The notes under the pieces are model-generated. The model did no database searches. It was not told where the DNA came from and was given only the letters and a program-made list of their open reading frames with translations. From a virus, in IMG/VR virus record IMGVR_UViG_3300045003_000080, positions 32,001 through 96,000 of that record: a DNA stretch of 64,000 nucleotides; one strand, 5' to 3'. Shown one piece after another: positions 6,761-17,097 of the stretch (position 1 is the first letter of the stretch; each line of letters begins with the position of its first letter). A program made the translations under genes and the position numbers.

Positions 6761-7237
6761 ATGCCCGTGCTTGTCACTCTCACGCCCACCGAGTCGCGTG
6801 CCGCGATCCTGACCGGTGCGGAGCGTCAAATCGACGCGCTCACGCGCGGCCTGCGCGACCGGGCGGGCACGAGTGACGACACGTGGACACTGCATATCGA
6901 GGGCGCGGCCGGCGAGATGGCGGCAGCGAAAGCGTTGGGCCGCTACTGGCAGATGCCTGTGTCGACGTTCAAAAAGGGCGGCGATGTGGGGGAGTTGCAG
7001 ATACGCACCCGCTCGCAGCACAACTACGATCTGATCGTGCGCGACGACGACCGCGACGGCGACCTTTTCGTGCTCGTCACGGGGCGTATTCCCCGGTTCG
7101 CTGTACACGGGTGGATACGGGGTGGGGATGCGAAACGCGCTGAGTGGCGCAAGCAGTACGACGCACACGAGCCGGCGTTTTTCGTGCCTCAGGGGGAGTT
7201 GCGCCCTTTGGTGGAACTGGAATCGCCGGTGAGGTGA
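6761..7237 (+). CDS. Phage protein, possible PD-(D/E)XK nuclease fold
   Basis: GAAGEMAAAKAL...DVGELQIRT pattern. Confidence 0.5.
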   Translation: MPVLVTLTPTESRAAILTGAERQIDALTRGLRDRAGTSDDTWTLHIEGAAGEMAAAKALGRYWQMPVSTFKKGGDVGELQIRTRSQHNYDLIVRDDDRDGDLFVLVTGRIPRFAVHGWIRGGDAKRAEWRKQYDAHEPAFFVPQGELRPLVELESPVR

Positions 7238-7479
7238 GGGCGGGGGCCCCTGCGCCTGCGAATTACGCCGGTCCCTCTCGGCGTGTGCAGGGACCCCCGA
7301 CAGTCACATGGTAGCAGAAAAGGCGCAGGCCCCCGTGTGGTTCGACGCGGCCGGCAAGCCTACGTCGCACAGGGGCCCTCGTGCATCAGCCAGGCAGGCT
7401 GCAACGGAACCAAGCACACAGTAACACAGAACGTCCGCCCCGTTCGCAGGGCGGTTCTCCGTGATGGAGATACGGCGAG

Positions 7480-7815
7480 ATGCCATCAGAACGAATCACC
7501 AAATCGCACGCCGACGACCACATCGACATGGTTGTCGGCTGGGGCAAAGGGCTCGGCGGCGACTCCCTGAACGGCCCGCTCACGCCCTACGTGCGGCTAT
7601 TCCCATGCATCGCGCCAGTGGTGCGTGACGAAGTGACGTACAAGGTGCGTGGCGGCGTCTATGTGCAACCCGATAGGGAGGACGCCCACCTGCTGGGCCT
7701 AGAACCGGGCGAGGGCGTGGGACCGGCGCAGATGCGCCTGAACCGCGCGCAGGTCAACCGCCTCATCCGTGTGCTTCGAAAAGCACGCGACCAGGCGTTC
7801 GGCCGCGACGAGTAG
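7480..7815 (+). CDS. Hypothetical protein
   Basis: GGAG upstream; followed by terminator. Confidence 0.6.
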   Translation: MPSERITKSHADDHIDMVVGWGKGLGGDSLNGPLTPYVRLFPCIAPVVRDEVTYKVRGGVYVQPDREDAHLLGLEPGEGVGPAQMRLNRAQVNRLIRVLRKARDQAFGRDE

Positions 7816-7819
7816 ACGC

Positions 7820-7871
7820 CGAACACCCCCACCCGTGCGTGGTTCTGCCAGGCGGGTGGGGGTGTTCGTTT
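7820..7871 (+). terminator. Intrinsic terminator
   Basis: 16-bp IR CGAACACCCCCACCCG/CGGGTGGGGGTGTTCG followed by TTT. Confidence 0.7.
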
Positions 7872-7928
7872 GGACTTGGCGGGGCTGTCATCCGCCACTG
7901 CGAATGGTAACACTTATTCGGGGGGTGT

Positions 7929-10250
7929 GTGGGGCTACCGGGAAACGTCAACACCATCACCGTCACCGGCTCGTACTACGACTTTCAAGGCAACCCCCTG
8001 GCTGGCAGCGTCACGTTCATCGCATCAGCCGGCCCGCTCGCTGACCCCGGCGCACCCGCGTTCCTGAGCCCGGTCACCGTCACCGCGACCCTCGTGAACG
8101 GCAAATTCAGCACCGTCCTGCCGTGCACCGACAACGCGACGCTGTCTCCGAACGGGTTCGTGTACACGGTCATCGAAACGCTGCCCGGCACGTCCCGGTC
8201 ATACATGATCTCCCTGCCGCACTCGCTCGGTTCGAGCGTCGATCTGGCGACCGTCGCCCCCGTGACCACGCTGCCGACAGTGTCCCCATACGGGGTCCTC
8301 GCGCTTAACAACACGTGGACGGGAACGAACACCTTCAGCAGCCCGGTGGTACTCGGCACGACCACGATCGCGACCCCCCCCGGAACCACGACCGTGTTTT
8401 TGCGCGGCGACGGCACGTGGCAGGTCGCGGGTGTGCAGATCGCCGGCGACCTGGGCGGCAGCACCGGCAACCCGCAAGTGGTCTCCACGCACTTGTCGGC
8501 GCCGCTCCCGCTCGCGCAGGGTGGCACGAACGCGGCGAGCGCGAGCGCGGCACGCACCCAACTCGGCGTCGCCTACGACACCACGCCAGCCGACTACCAG
8601 CCCGACGGTGTCGCGGGCGCCGGAGCGAACGGCCTGGTCGCCGACTCCGGACACATCCACCCGCTCCAGGCGCACCAGTTCAACGTCAAAGCGTACGGCG
8701 CCAAAGGCGACGGGAAGATCGTTCACGACGGGGCGATGACCGCGTCCAGCGCGACCCTGGCGTGTACGACGTCGACCCCGTTCACGGCCGGCGACGTCGG
8801 CAAGAGCATCATCGTGCGCGGCGCCGGCCCGACGGGCGTCACCACGCTGGTCACGACGATCTCCGGGTTCACCGACTCCGGGCACGTCACCCTCGCCGCC
8901 AGCGCGTCGACCACCGTGTCCGCCACGATCGTGGCCTGGGCGACCGACGACACGGCAGCGTTCAAGCAGGCTGTCAACGCGGCGACGACGTTCGCGCAGG
9001 CGTCCCCGGCCGGATACGCCGAAGTCGTCGGCGTCCCCGGCATCTACGGGATCTTCGGCGCGCTGGTCACCGGTGGGTCGACGTTGGGCAACGCACAGAT
9101 CCCGTTGCCGATCGTCGCCACGACCGTCAACAAGGTGACGCTCGTCGTCAAGTGCCTGGAGTCGGCGACGGCTGCGACTGGGGCGCACTGGCAGCAGACA
9201 CAGTTCCAGTCCACCGCGATGACGCTGCTGTCGGGTGGGGTGTTCGCCAGCTCGGGCGCGCAGGGCTCCTCGGTCACGGCAGCCGGGAACCCGGCGATCA
9301 TCGGTGGGCCGACCCAGCCGAATCACTACGGTGATTCAAACCTGGTGTATTCGAACATGAACGCCGTGTTGCAGAACGTCACCCTGGTCACGCCCCTGTC
9401 GGCGTCGGGGTGGAACTACTGTGGCGCCGACTTCTCGGGGCTGAGCCAGGCCACGATCCGGGACGTGAACGTGACGGTCACCGGCACGTACGTCGCGAAC
9501 GACTTCAACAGCCCGGCGAACCTCGCTAGTGGTTTGTCTAAAGGCATTTTGATGCCCGCGAACGGCAACAACGACATTTGCGATATTCAGAACTTGTCGG
9601 TGTGGGGCGGCTACACCTGGGCGCTTTTCGCTACCGAGCACACAGTGATCCGTAACGCCCGGCTGCTGTACTGCTGGAGCGCTCTGACAGCCGTCGGCAA
9701 CTATTTCAACAGCGTCAGCGCGGGCCACGCGATCTACGGCGACCAGATCAGCGTCGAAGGCTGTATCTACAACATTTACATACTCGGGCAGGGTGCGTCC
9801 GGAATCGGCCCCTACCTGGACATTGCCCAAATGGACACGGAATCGCCCGCGCCCCGGCTGCGCGACGACAACTCCGGCGCTCTGGCCACCGCTCAGGGCA
9901 CCGTCAAGTTAACCGGCTTGTACACAGCGTCTTCAATCCAGACCGACGCCGCGACCACGCTGCAGATCATCAACGGCCAGCAGCCGCCCGGCGTCGTCAC
10001 CGCCCCGACGTACACGCTCGGCACAGCGTTCCAGAACACATTCTGGCGGCCTGCCACCGTGATCCTCGCAGGCGGCACCGTGACGTTCGTGAAGATCGGC
10101 GCGACCATGGGCGGCCCGTCGGCGCCGACGATGAACACGGTGTGGACCGGGGCGCTGTCCGGGACGCTCACTGTGTCGCTGCCCCCGGGCGGCTGGCTGG
10201 AAATCGACGGCAGCGTGAAACCGACCACCAACACGTGGATCCTCAGCTAG
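7929..10250 (+). CDS. Fibre/tailspike protein with pectate-lyase-3-like beta-helix
   Basis: FNVKAYGAKGDG...DDTAAFKQAVNAA split by an inserted domain; Thr/Gly-rich. Confidence 0.8.
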   Translation: MGLPGNVNTITVTGSYYDFQGNPLAGSVTFIASAGPLADPGAPAFLSPVTVTATLVNGKFSTVLPCTDNATLSPNGFVYTVIETLPGTSRSYMISLPHSLGSSVDLATVAPVTTLPTVSPYGVLALNNTWTGTNTFSSPVVLGTTTIATPPGTTTVFLRGDGTWQVAGVQIAGDLGGSTGNPQVVSTHLSAPLPLAQGGTNAASASAARTQLGVAYDTTPADYQPDGVAGAGANGLVADSGHIHPLQAHQFNVKAYGAKGDGKIVHDGAMTASSATLACTTSTPFTAGDVGKSIIVRGAGPTGVTTLVTTISGFTDSGHVTLAASASTTVSATIVAWATDDTAAFKQAVNAATTFAQASPAGYAEVVGVPGIYGIFGALVTGGSTLGNAQIPLPIVATTVNKVTLVVKCLESATAATGAHWQQTQFQSTAMTLLSGGVFASSGAQGSSVTAAGNPAIIGGPTQPNHYGDSNLVYSNMNAVLQNVTLVTPLSASGWNYCGADFSGLSQATIRDVNVTVTGTYVANDFNSPANLASGLSKGILMPANGNNDICDIQNLSVWGGYTWALFATEHTVIRNARLLYCWSALTAVGNYFNSVSAGHAIYGDQISVEGCIYNIYILGQGASGIGPYLDIAQMDTESPAPRLRDDNSGALATAQGTVKLTGLYTASSIQTDAATTLQIINGQQPPGVVTAPTYTLGTAFQNTFWRPATVILAGGTVTFVKIGATMGGPSAPTMNTVWTGALSGTLTVSLPPGGWLEIDGSVKPTTNTWILS

Positions 10251-10258
10251 GAGGACTC

Positions 10259-10459
10259 GTGGCCGACGCGCACGCACGGCAGCCCACCAGTATCGAGGTG
10301 TTCGCGGTCGTGACCCGCGCCGACGGCACCGTCCAGGACCAGGGCCTCGTGTCCGCGACATACTCGTGGCGTAAACCGATCAAGAAACTGCTGTGGCCCC
10401 TGCGTAAACGACAGGCGGACCGGCGCATCAAAGCCTTCAACCCGGAACGTGAGGAGTGA
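10259..10459 (+). CDS. Small virion-module protein
   Basis: AGGAGG RBS; AVVTRADGTVQD. Confidence 0.65.
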   Translation: MADAHARQPTSIEVFAVVTRADGTVQDQGLVSATYSWRKPIKKLLWPLRKRQADRRIKAFNPEREE

Positions 10460-10465
10460 ACCCGG

Positions 10466-11089
10466 ATGGCAGCCGTCCTCACAACCAAAGGGCGCGACAT
10501 TCTAACCAATCGTATTAAAGCCGGTGGCACTGAGCCGCTCAACGTCGGCTGGGGCAACAATCCAAACACATTGACGGCTGCGAACACGGACGTCGCCCTG
10601 TTCAAACCGGCAGCTGAAGCCCGCGTCGCGGGCACCTCGACGCAGCAGACGACGACCACCACCAACGACACATATCAAGTGGTTGCGACGATCACCTCGT
10701 CCTCGGGGCAGACGATCGCGGAGGTCGGCCTGTTCGACTCGACGAGCGTCCCGTTCTCCACGACCTGGGCGACAGCGCCGACGACGACATCGGGCACCAC
10801 GGGCACGTTATCGGCGTCGTACACCCCGGCGAACAACACGTATATCCAGTCTCGTACTGAGGTCATGCAGGTCACGGCCGGTACGGGGACCACGAGTGTG
10901 ACGGTGGTGCGGGCGGCGAACGGGTCGACGGCGACGACGAGTTCGAACGGTGACACCACGACGAGCGGGAACGTGCCGGGCAGCTCGACGATCACGGGCG
11001 GGAGCATGTTCCTGCACGCGGACCACGGCGCCAATACTTTGAATAATGGTGATAGTATAACTTATACGATCAAAATCAGCTTCTCGTAA
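10466..11089 (+). CDS. Virion structural protein (tail-associated type)
   Basis: VLTTKGR...GWG...DVAL...IAEVGLFD; related to 37803..38330. Confidence 0.75.
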   Translation: MAAVLTTKGRDILTNRIKAGGTEPLNVGWGNNPNTLTAANTDVALFKPAAEARVAGTSTQQTTTTTNDTYQVVATITSSSGQTIAEVGLFDSTSVPFSTTWATAPTTTSGTTGTLSASYTPANNTYIQSRTEVMQVTAGTGTTSVTVVRAANGSTATTSSNGDTTTSGNVPGSSTITGGSMFLHADHGANTLNNGDSITYTIKISFS

Positions 11090-11101
11090 CACGGGGGGCG
11101 T

Positions 11102-11800
11102 GTGGCGATCGCGTTCGACAACACCGGATCAGCCTTCAGCAACGCCGCCACGAGCCTTTCGATTGACATCACGGCAGCCGCCACCGGCGCCTGGGTGTAC
11201 GCGTATTTCCAAATCGGTGGCTCGGAACCCAACGGTGTGACCCTGGCCGGCTGGAACAAACTCATCGACCAAAACGAGCCCAATAGCGGGTCACATTTCG
11301 CCATGTTCCGGCGCGTGAAACAGTCCGGCGACACCACGTTCTCGGCGAGTTTCCAATCCTCGCAATCGGTGGTGGCCGCCTGGTCCAGTTACACGGGTTT
11401 GAATTCGGACGTCCCGGATGAGGGTTTCCAGGGAGCGTCGCAGCAGTCGACGACCTCCTCCTACACCACGCCCACCGGCACCCCTGTGGATAACACGAGG
11501 TGGGCGCTCGCTGCCGTGGGCGCCCGGTCTACCGTCAGCGCCGAAACGTGGACAGCGCCCGCGTCACTCACCCTGCGCGTCCAGGCAGTGAACACGGCGT
11601 CACGCTGGGACCCAGTCGCGATCGCGGATTCCAACGGGGCTGTGGCCGCGTCGGCGCAAAGTTACACGTTCACACTCTCGGCGTCTGAGGCGCATGGTGG
11701 CAAGGTTCTGGGTTTCCTCGTTCCGTCTACGGCGACGGACCCCGCTTATCCGCCCCCGATTTTCGAACGGCAGGCCCTTCCGCGTGCCGCAACCTGGTAG
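11102..11800 (+). CDS. Putative virion beta-sandwich protein
   Basis: Ser/Thr/Ala-rich, two internally similar halves, operon context. Confidence 0.65.
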   Translation: MAIAFDNTGSAFSNAATSLSIDITAAATGAWVYAYFQIGGSEPNGVTLAGWNKLIDQNEPNSGSHFAMFRRVKQSGDTTFSASFQSSQSVVAAWSSYTGLNSDVPDEGFQGASQQSTTSSYTTPTGTPVDNTRWALAAVGARSTVSAETWTAPASLTLRVQAVNTASRWDPVAIADSNGAVAASAQSYTFTLSASEAHGGKVLGFLVPSTATDPAYPPPIFERQALPRAATW

Positions 11801-11808
11801 GGAGGGGT

Positions 11809-12306
11809 GTGGCAGGTCTTTATATCGCCACGACGGGCGCGATGGCGACGACGGCTGCGAGCGTGAAACTGGCAACGGGTACGTCGATTAAGACGCTGTT
11901 GCAGGTGGCTTCGTCTGCGACGCGGCCTTTGTTTGTCGTCGAGTGGGGTATTTCTTTCGACGGTAATACGGCGCAGACCCCGATCGAGTGCGAGCTGATT
12001 CAGACGGATGTGGCGGCGACGGTGACGGCACACGTCGCAGCAGGTGTACAACCATACGATGACCCCAATGCTCCGGCGAGCACCGTCACGTTGGGCACGG
12101 CAGCCACCGGCTACAACGCGTCCGGCGAAGGCTCGACCACCACCACCCGGTACGCCGACCTGCAGCTTGTGCCGCCCACGACGCAGTACATCAAGCAATG
12201 GCCCCTTGGGCGCGAGTTCCAGTTGCCCGTGTCGAAGTTCCTGAGGGTGAGGGTGACGGCAGCGAACACGGTGAACGCGTACGCGTACGTCATATGGCAG
12301 GAGTGA
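11809..12306 (+). CDS. Putative virion protein
   Basis: GGAGG RBS, beta-rich, operon context. Confidence 0.65.
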   Translation: MAGLYIATTGAMATTAASVKLATGTSIKTLLQVASSATRPLFVVEWGISFDGNTAQTPIECELIQTDVAATVTAHVAAGVQPYDDPNAPASTVTLGTAATGYNASGEGSTTTTRYADLQLVPPTTQYIKQWPLGREFQLPVSKFLRVRVTAANTVNAYAYVIWQE

Positions 12307-12329
12307 CAGGGCCCTGATACGGGGGTTGT

Positions 12330-13283
12330 GTGTCGAGGTTCTTCCGCTCCCACCCGTCGAGTTTCCCCGGGCACACGGCTGGCGCGCACGTCCTGATCGG
12401 CACCCCGATCGTGAGCGCGGGGGCGCAGAACTTCAACGTCACCGTCACCGCCACGTCCACCTCGTCGGCGACGCTGACCCGGGCGATCGCCAAGACTCTC
12501 AGCTACGCCAGCACGTCGATCACGACGGTGACGCGCGGCGTTGCCACGACCCGGACCGCCAGCAGCTCCGGGGCGCCGACCCTCATCCGCAACGTCGGGC
12601 TGACACGCAGCTACGCTTCGACCAGCGCCGTCACCCTGGCGCGCGCGCTCGCGTTGACGCGCACCGTCGCGGCCTCCTCGTCGGCGACGCTCACGCGCGC
12701 GCTCGCATTCACCCGCACGGCGACGTCGACGTCGACCGCGACATTCACGCGCGGCGTGGGCGTGGTGCGTTCGTACGCGTCGACCAGCACAACCAGCCTG
12801 ACGCGCGCTCTCACGAAGACGCTCACCCTCGCGGCGACGTCGACCGGGTCGACGCTGCGCAACGTCGGCAAAACCCTCACCGGGTCGTCGACGTCGACCG
12901 GGTCGGCCGCGTTCGCCCGCGCCTACTTCCGCACCCTGACCTACGCCGCGAGCAGCACGGCCAGCCTGACGCGCGCCGCATCGCTCACCCGCGCCTACGC
13001 GGCAGCCGGCACCGCCAGCGCTGGGCGGGCCCTGGCGAAAACCCTGACCTGCGCGGCGTCGGGCACGGCGTCGTTCACACGCGGCTACGGCAGGATCCTC
13101 ACGGTCGCGGTGTCGTCACTGGCGACACTGATCCGCGTCGTCGTCCCGAAACCCGTCCCGGTCCGTATCCGCACCTGGCCGCCCCAGGCGAAATGGGTCG
13201 CGTGGCCGGCGTTGACGGTGTGGCGTGTCGCGGCCCCGGTCGCGAAATGGCTGTCGCAGCCTCCGATGAGCGACGACACGTAA
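12330..13283 (+). CDS. Repeat-rich fibre-like protein (~17-aa repeats)
   Basis: Many degenerate TRAxxxTLTxAxTSTAxL repeats. Confidence 0.7.
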   Translation: MSRFFRSHPSSFPGHTAGAHVLIGTPIVSAGAQNFNVTVTATSTSSATLTRAIAKTLSYASTSITTVTRGVATTRTASSSGAPTLIRNVGLTRSYASTSAVTLARALALTRTVAASSSATLTRALAFTRTATSTSTATFTRGVGVVRSYASTSTTSLTRALTKTLTLAATSTGSTLRNVGKTLTGSSTSTGSAAFARAYFRTLTYAASSTASLTRAASLTRAYAAAGTASAGRALAKTLTCAASGTASFTRGYGRILTVAVSSLATLIRVVVPKPVPVRIRTWPPQAKWVAWPALTVWRVAAPVAKWLSQPPMSDDT

Positions 13284-13293
13284 GGGGGGCGGC

Positions 13294-13611
13294 ATGTTGC
13301 AGCTCTCCTCGCTCGCGACCGCCTACGTGCGCATCCCCGTGTACGCGGATCAGCTCGGCGTCGTGGTCGACCCGTCGGCGTACACGGTGACGATGGCGTT
13401 CATCTCCGGCCCGTTGAATCCGGGTGCGGGAGATTGGAAGACGGCGTCGTGGACGACGACGGCGCAGGGCCAGCACGTCGCCCAGTGCCTCGTCGGACCC
13501 ACCGGGGGCACGATCACCCTCACGGCTGGGTTGACATACAACGTGTGGATCCAGATCGCCGCAACCCCCGAAACAGTGATCATCAACACCGGTCAGATGC
13601 AGGTGGTGTAA
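13294..13611 (+). CDS. Small Ig-like virion protein
   Basis: W..A.W...CLVGP.GG...YNVW pattern common in actinophage structural modules. Confidence 0.7.
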   Translation: MLQLSSLATAYVRIPVYADQLGVVVDPSAYTVTMAFISGPLNPGAGDWKTASWTTTAQGQHVAQCLVGPTGGTITLTAGLTYNVWIQIAATPETVIINTGQMQVV

Positions 13612-13763
13612 ACGACGGTGGCCCGGCCCTGTTTGCCCAGGACCGGGCCGGTAGTCCGTGCCACCGGTTGGACGATGCACGGACTCTAAGCGCGGCCCGG
13701 AAGGCGACACAGGCGGAGCTTAGGACGTGGTGTTCGGGTGTCGAGTCCCTAAGCACCACCATT

Positions 13764-13858
13764 AATCATACAGCACTGGGGCCGCTCCCACTGACGAAGG
13801 AGCGGCCCCAGGCGGTGCCCGGAGGTCTCACGTCTGGGCACCGGAAATCATACAGCAC
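13764..13858. repeat. 13-bp direct repeat AATCATACAGCAC flanking two hairpins
   Basis: Copies at 13764-13776 and 13846-13858. Confidence 0.75.
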
Positions 13859-13871
13859 GTGGGGGTGTGTG

Positions 13872-14552
13872 ATGGACGAACCGGTGACGCTCGACGCGCT
13901 GATGCCACGTCGGCGCCTGAAGAAAAACACCGACGTCGACGAACTACCCGACCCGACCGACAAGGCTCCCCGTCCGGCCCTGGACGAGCTGGCCCGGGTG
14001 TACCGGGACGCCGAAGCCCTCGAACTGCGCGCGAAACACTACACGTACGACCAGATCAAAGACGCCCTCGACTACGACAACGTCGAACAGGCCCGCGAAG
14101 CCAGCCGGCGCGCCTCCGAACGACTGCGCCTCCTCCATGAGGACGATCAAGAGGCTGTCACCCTGGAGCTGGCCCGCTACGACGCGATGGCGCGCAAACT
14201 CCTGGAGATCCTGGAACGCAAACACTACGTGATCTCCAACAGTGGCCGTGTCGTCGAAGACCCGGAAACCGGGGCGCCCCTGATCGACTCGGTCGCGGAG
14301 ATGCAAGTCATCGACCGGCTCACCACCCTGAGCAAAGAACGCCGCAAGATCCAAGCCCTCGACAAACCCTCAACGACAAGGGTCGAAGTCCACACGGTCG
14401 ACGAGTTCGACCGGGAGATCGAGCGCCTTTTGGGAATCCTGGCCGACAACACCCGGCCCCCACGCCAACTACCCCCGGCACCGGAGCCGACGGTGACGGC
14501 TGAGCAGATCGTCGACGCGGAAGTCGTCGAAGAGGCCACCGACTCCGAATAG
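13872..14552 (+). CDS. Terminase small subunit (HTH)
   Basis: ALELRAKHYTYDQIKDAL HTH; directly upstream of TerL. Confidence 0.75.
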   Translation: MDEPVTLDALMPRRRLKKNTDVDELPDPTDKAPRPALDELARVYRDAEALELRAKHYTYDQIKDALDYDNVEQAREASRRASERLRLLHEDDQEAVTLELARYDAMARKLLEILERKHYVISNSGRVVEDPETGAPLIDSVAEMQVIDRLTTLSKERRKIQALDKPSTTRVEVHTVDEFDREIERLLGILADNTRPPRQLPPAPEPTVTAEQIVDAEVVEEATDSE

Positions 14553-14560
14553 GAGGCGCG

Positions 14561-16084
14561 GTGACCGTCAACTATGGTGAACCGGACGAGTGGCGCACCT
14601 GGTCCAAAGAAGACAAAAAACTGTTCATCGAACGGTTGCGCGCGAAAGCGGCCGACCGCGACGAGCGCCCCTACTACCGGATGGCGCGGCCCAAGCAGCT
14701 GCCCCCCGACCACCCGCGCCACCACTTGCCGGACGCGAACGGGTTCTCGTGCGGCTGCGACGGGGTCGACGACGACTGGGTGATCTACCTGATCATGGCT
14801 GGTCGTGGCCTGGGCAAGACGTGGACGGGCGCGAACTGGCTGGTCGCGCAGGCGCTTCGGTTCCCGAAAACGGAGTGGGGTGTGTTCGCCCCGACGTTCG
14901 GCGACGTCCGCAAGGTGTGTATCGAAGGCACTTCCGGGATCCGGGCGGCGTTGCGCGAGGGTGAGGAGAAGCAGTACCGGCGCAACGAGCTGCAGATCGT
15001 CCTGTCCAACGACAGCGTGATCTACGGGTATTCGGCTGACCAGCCCGAGCGTGTGCGTGGCGCGAACTTGTCAGGGGCCTGGTGTGATGAAATCGGGAGT
15101 TGGCGGTATTACGAAACATGGTATGAGGGTTTAGTCCCGGCCCTGCGTATCGGCGAGAAGCCCCGGGTCCTGGCCACCACCACCCCCCGCCCCACCCGGC
15201 TGCTGCGCGACCTGATGGGCCGGGGCGACGGCACCGTCCACGTCACACGCGGATCAACCTGGGAAAACGCCGCCAACCTGTCCGGCACCGCCCTCGCTGA
15301 GCTGAAACGCCGCTACGAGGGCACCCGGCTGGGCCGACAGGAACTCGAAGGCGAACTACTCGAAGACATCGAAGGCGCCCTCTGGTCACGCAGCATGATC
15401 GACGAAGCCAGGGTGCGACAGGAAGACGTCCCCCAGCTGCTGCGCGTCGTCGTCGGCGTCGACCCGGCCGTCACCGGCTCGGAAACCAGCGACGAGACCG
15501 GGATCGTCGTCGTCGGCGAAAGCCTCGACGGCCACGCCTATGTCGTCGGCGACTACTCCGTGAAAGGCTCCCCGGACACGGCGATGCGCCGGGCGGTCGC
15601 CGCCTACCGCGAACACCAGGCCGACTGCCTGGTCGCCGAGGTCAACCAGGGCGGGGACTACATCGGGACTTTACTTCGCACTGTTGACCCGAACATCCCG
15701 TACCGGCAGGTGCGCGCCATGCGCAACAAGCAGGTGCGCGCGGAACCCGTCGCCGCACTGTACGAACAGGGCCGGGTCCACCACGTCGGGGTGTTCCCGG
15801 AACTCGAAGACCAGATGGTGACCTGGCTGCCCGGCAGCCGCCAGTCCCCGGACCGCGCCGACGCGTTGGTGTGGGCGTGTAGCGAGTTGCGCGGCCTGGG
15901 CACCGGCGACTGGCACGACGCGTACGGGATCGTCATCTGCGAGGGCTGCGACCACCGCTTCATGAGCGAACTGCACCCGCACGTGTGCCCCAGGTGCCGC
16001 ACCCGGTGGACCCAGCCCGACCCGCCACCGCCACCCCAGCAGCAGGAACCCATCGACGAGGGGAACGTGTCCTATGGCGGCTGA
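14561..16084 (+). CDS. terL: Terminase large subunit
   Basis: Walker A MAGRGLGKT, Walker B WCDE, TTTP, nuclease VGVDPA and SPDRADA; C-terminal CxxC..CxxC. Confidence 0.97.
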   Translation: MTVNYGEPDEWRTWSKEDKKLFIERLRAKAADRDERPYYRMARPKQLPPDHPRHHLPDANGFSCGCDGVDDDWVIYLIMAGRGLGKTWTGANWLVAQALRFPKTEWGVFAPTFGDVRKVCIEGTSGIRAALREGEEKQYRRNELQIVLSNDSVIYGYSADQPERVRGANLSGAWCDEIGSWRYYETWYEGLVPALRIGEKPRVLATTTPRPTRLLRDLMGRGDGTVHVTRGSTWENAANLSGTALAELKRRYEGTRLGRQELEGELLEDIEGALWSRSMIDEARVRQEDVPQLLRVVVGVDPAVTGSETSDETGIVVVGESLDGHAYVVGDYSVKGSPDTAMRRAVAAYREHQADCLVAEVNQGGDYIGTLLRTVDPNIPYRQVRAMRNKQVRAEPVAALYEQGRVHHVGVFPELEDQMVTWLPGSRQSPDRADALVWACSELRGLGTGDWHDAYGIVICEGCDHRFMSELHPHVCPRCRTRWTQPDPPPPPQQQEPIDEGNVSYGG

Positions 16085-16268
16085 CGCCCCGTACACCTGG
16101 CTGAAACTCAAGTACCGCACACAGCGCACGGTCAAGCAGAACAAGAGCACCGCGACGACCGGGGTGTCCCGAAAGACCCACACCGTCAAGCAGCCCACGC
16201 AGCCGGCACGCCCGATGATGCTCGTCGTCGACGGTGGGACGGGAAGGCGTAGGTGGGTTCGTGACTGA
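16074..16268 (+). CDS. Small basic hypothetical protein
   Basis: Overlaps TerL stop and next start. Confidence 0.45.
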   Translation: MAADAPYTWLKLKYRTQRTVKQNKSTATTGVSRKTHTVKQPTQPARPMMLVVDGGTGRRRWVRD

Positions 16269-16431
16269 CCAGGTCGATCCGCTCCAGGACGGGGCGCCGA
16301 CGCCGTTGATGCAGGGCGCTGCCGTGATGCACGAGAGCTTCAAAGCCTACGTGGCTGCCGGGTTCACGGAAGCTCAGGCGATCGCGATCGTGACGCAATT
16401 ACTGATCGCCGCAATGAAGTCACAGGGCTAA
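16261..16431 (+). CDS. Small actinophage protein
   Basis: HESFKAYVAAGFTEAQA motif. Confidence 0.7.
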   Translation: MTDQVDPLQDGAPTPLMQGAAVMHESFKAYVAAGFTEAQAIAIVTQLLIAAMKSQG

Positions 16432-16440
16432 CATTCATCT

Positions 16441-17097
16441 ATGGAACATCCGCGTGGAACGGTGGCACAGATGGTGCACGACTTCGTCGACCTGGAACGA
16501 CGCGTCAGGGAACTGGAGAACGCGATCCGGGACGGCGACGCCCGCCTGAAAGCCGCCTACACGCCCACCCCGGCCAAGGACCGCGACAGGGGCGAATACC
16601 TCGACCAGCTGAACGAGCTGTACGAGAAGCTCGCCGCCAAACGCGCCGCGATGAACCTCACTCGCACCACCGACGAAGCCGAAACAGTCGTCGAAACCAG
16701 CGTCAAGGTCAAGACGAAGCCAGCGAAGTGGGCGGACGTCACCCCGCCAGCCGAAGTGAACGAAACCTACAAGTACGACCGGCTCACCGCCTACCAGGAC
16801 CCAGGACTGTACACCGTCACCTGGGAAGACCCGGAAAGCGGCGTGAAGGTCACGTCCGTGCCGAGCCGTTCCCTCACCGACGCCCGAGCCAGCGCCAAAG
16901 CCCTGTACGAAGTCGCCCTGGCCGAACACTTCAAATCGTTCAAACCGGCCTACTGGTTCACGGTCAACGAGTTCAAGCGGCTACGCGCGCAGACCTACGC
17001 CAACCACAGCGAGTGCATGCGCGCTCTGCACTCCACCACCTCCTACGAGCGCGCGTTGGCGTGGCTGCTGAACAGGGATGTGAAACTCAAGGCATGA
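16441..17097 (+). CDS. Hypothetical coiled-coil protein
   Basis: ATG 6 nt after TAACAT; strong codon bias. Confidence 0.7.
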   Translation: MEHPRGTVAQMVHDFVDLERRVRELENAIRDGDARLKAAYTPTPAKDRDRGEYLDQLNELYEKLAAKRAAMNLTRTTDEAETVVETSVKVKTKPAKWADVTPPAEVNETYKYDRLTAYQDPGLYTVTWEDPESGVKVTSVPSRSLTDARASAKALYEVALAEHFKSFKPAYWFTVNEFKRLRAQTYANHSECMRALHSTTSYERALAWLLNRDVKLKA

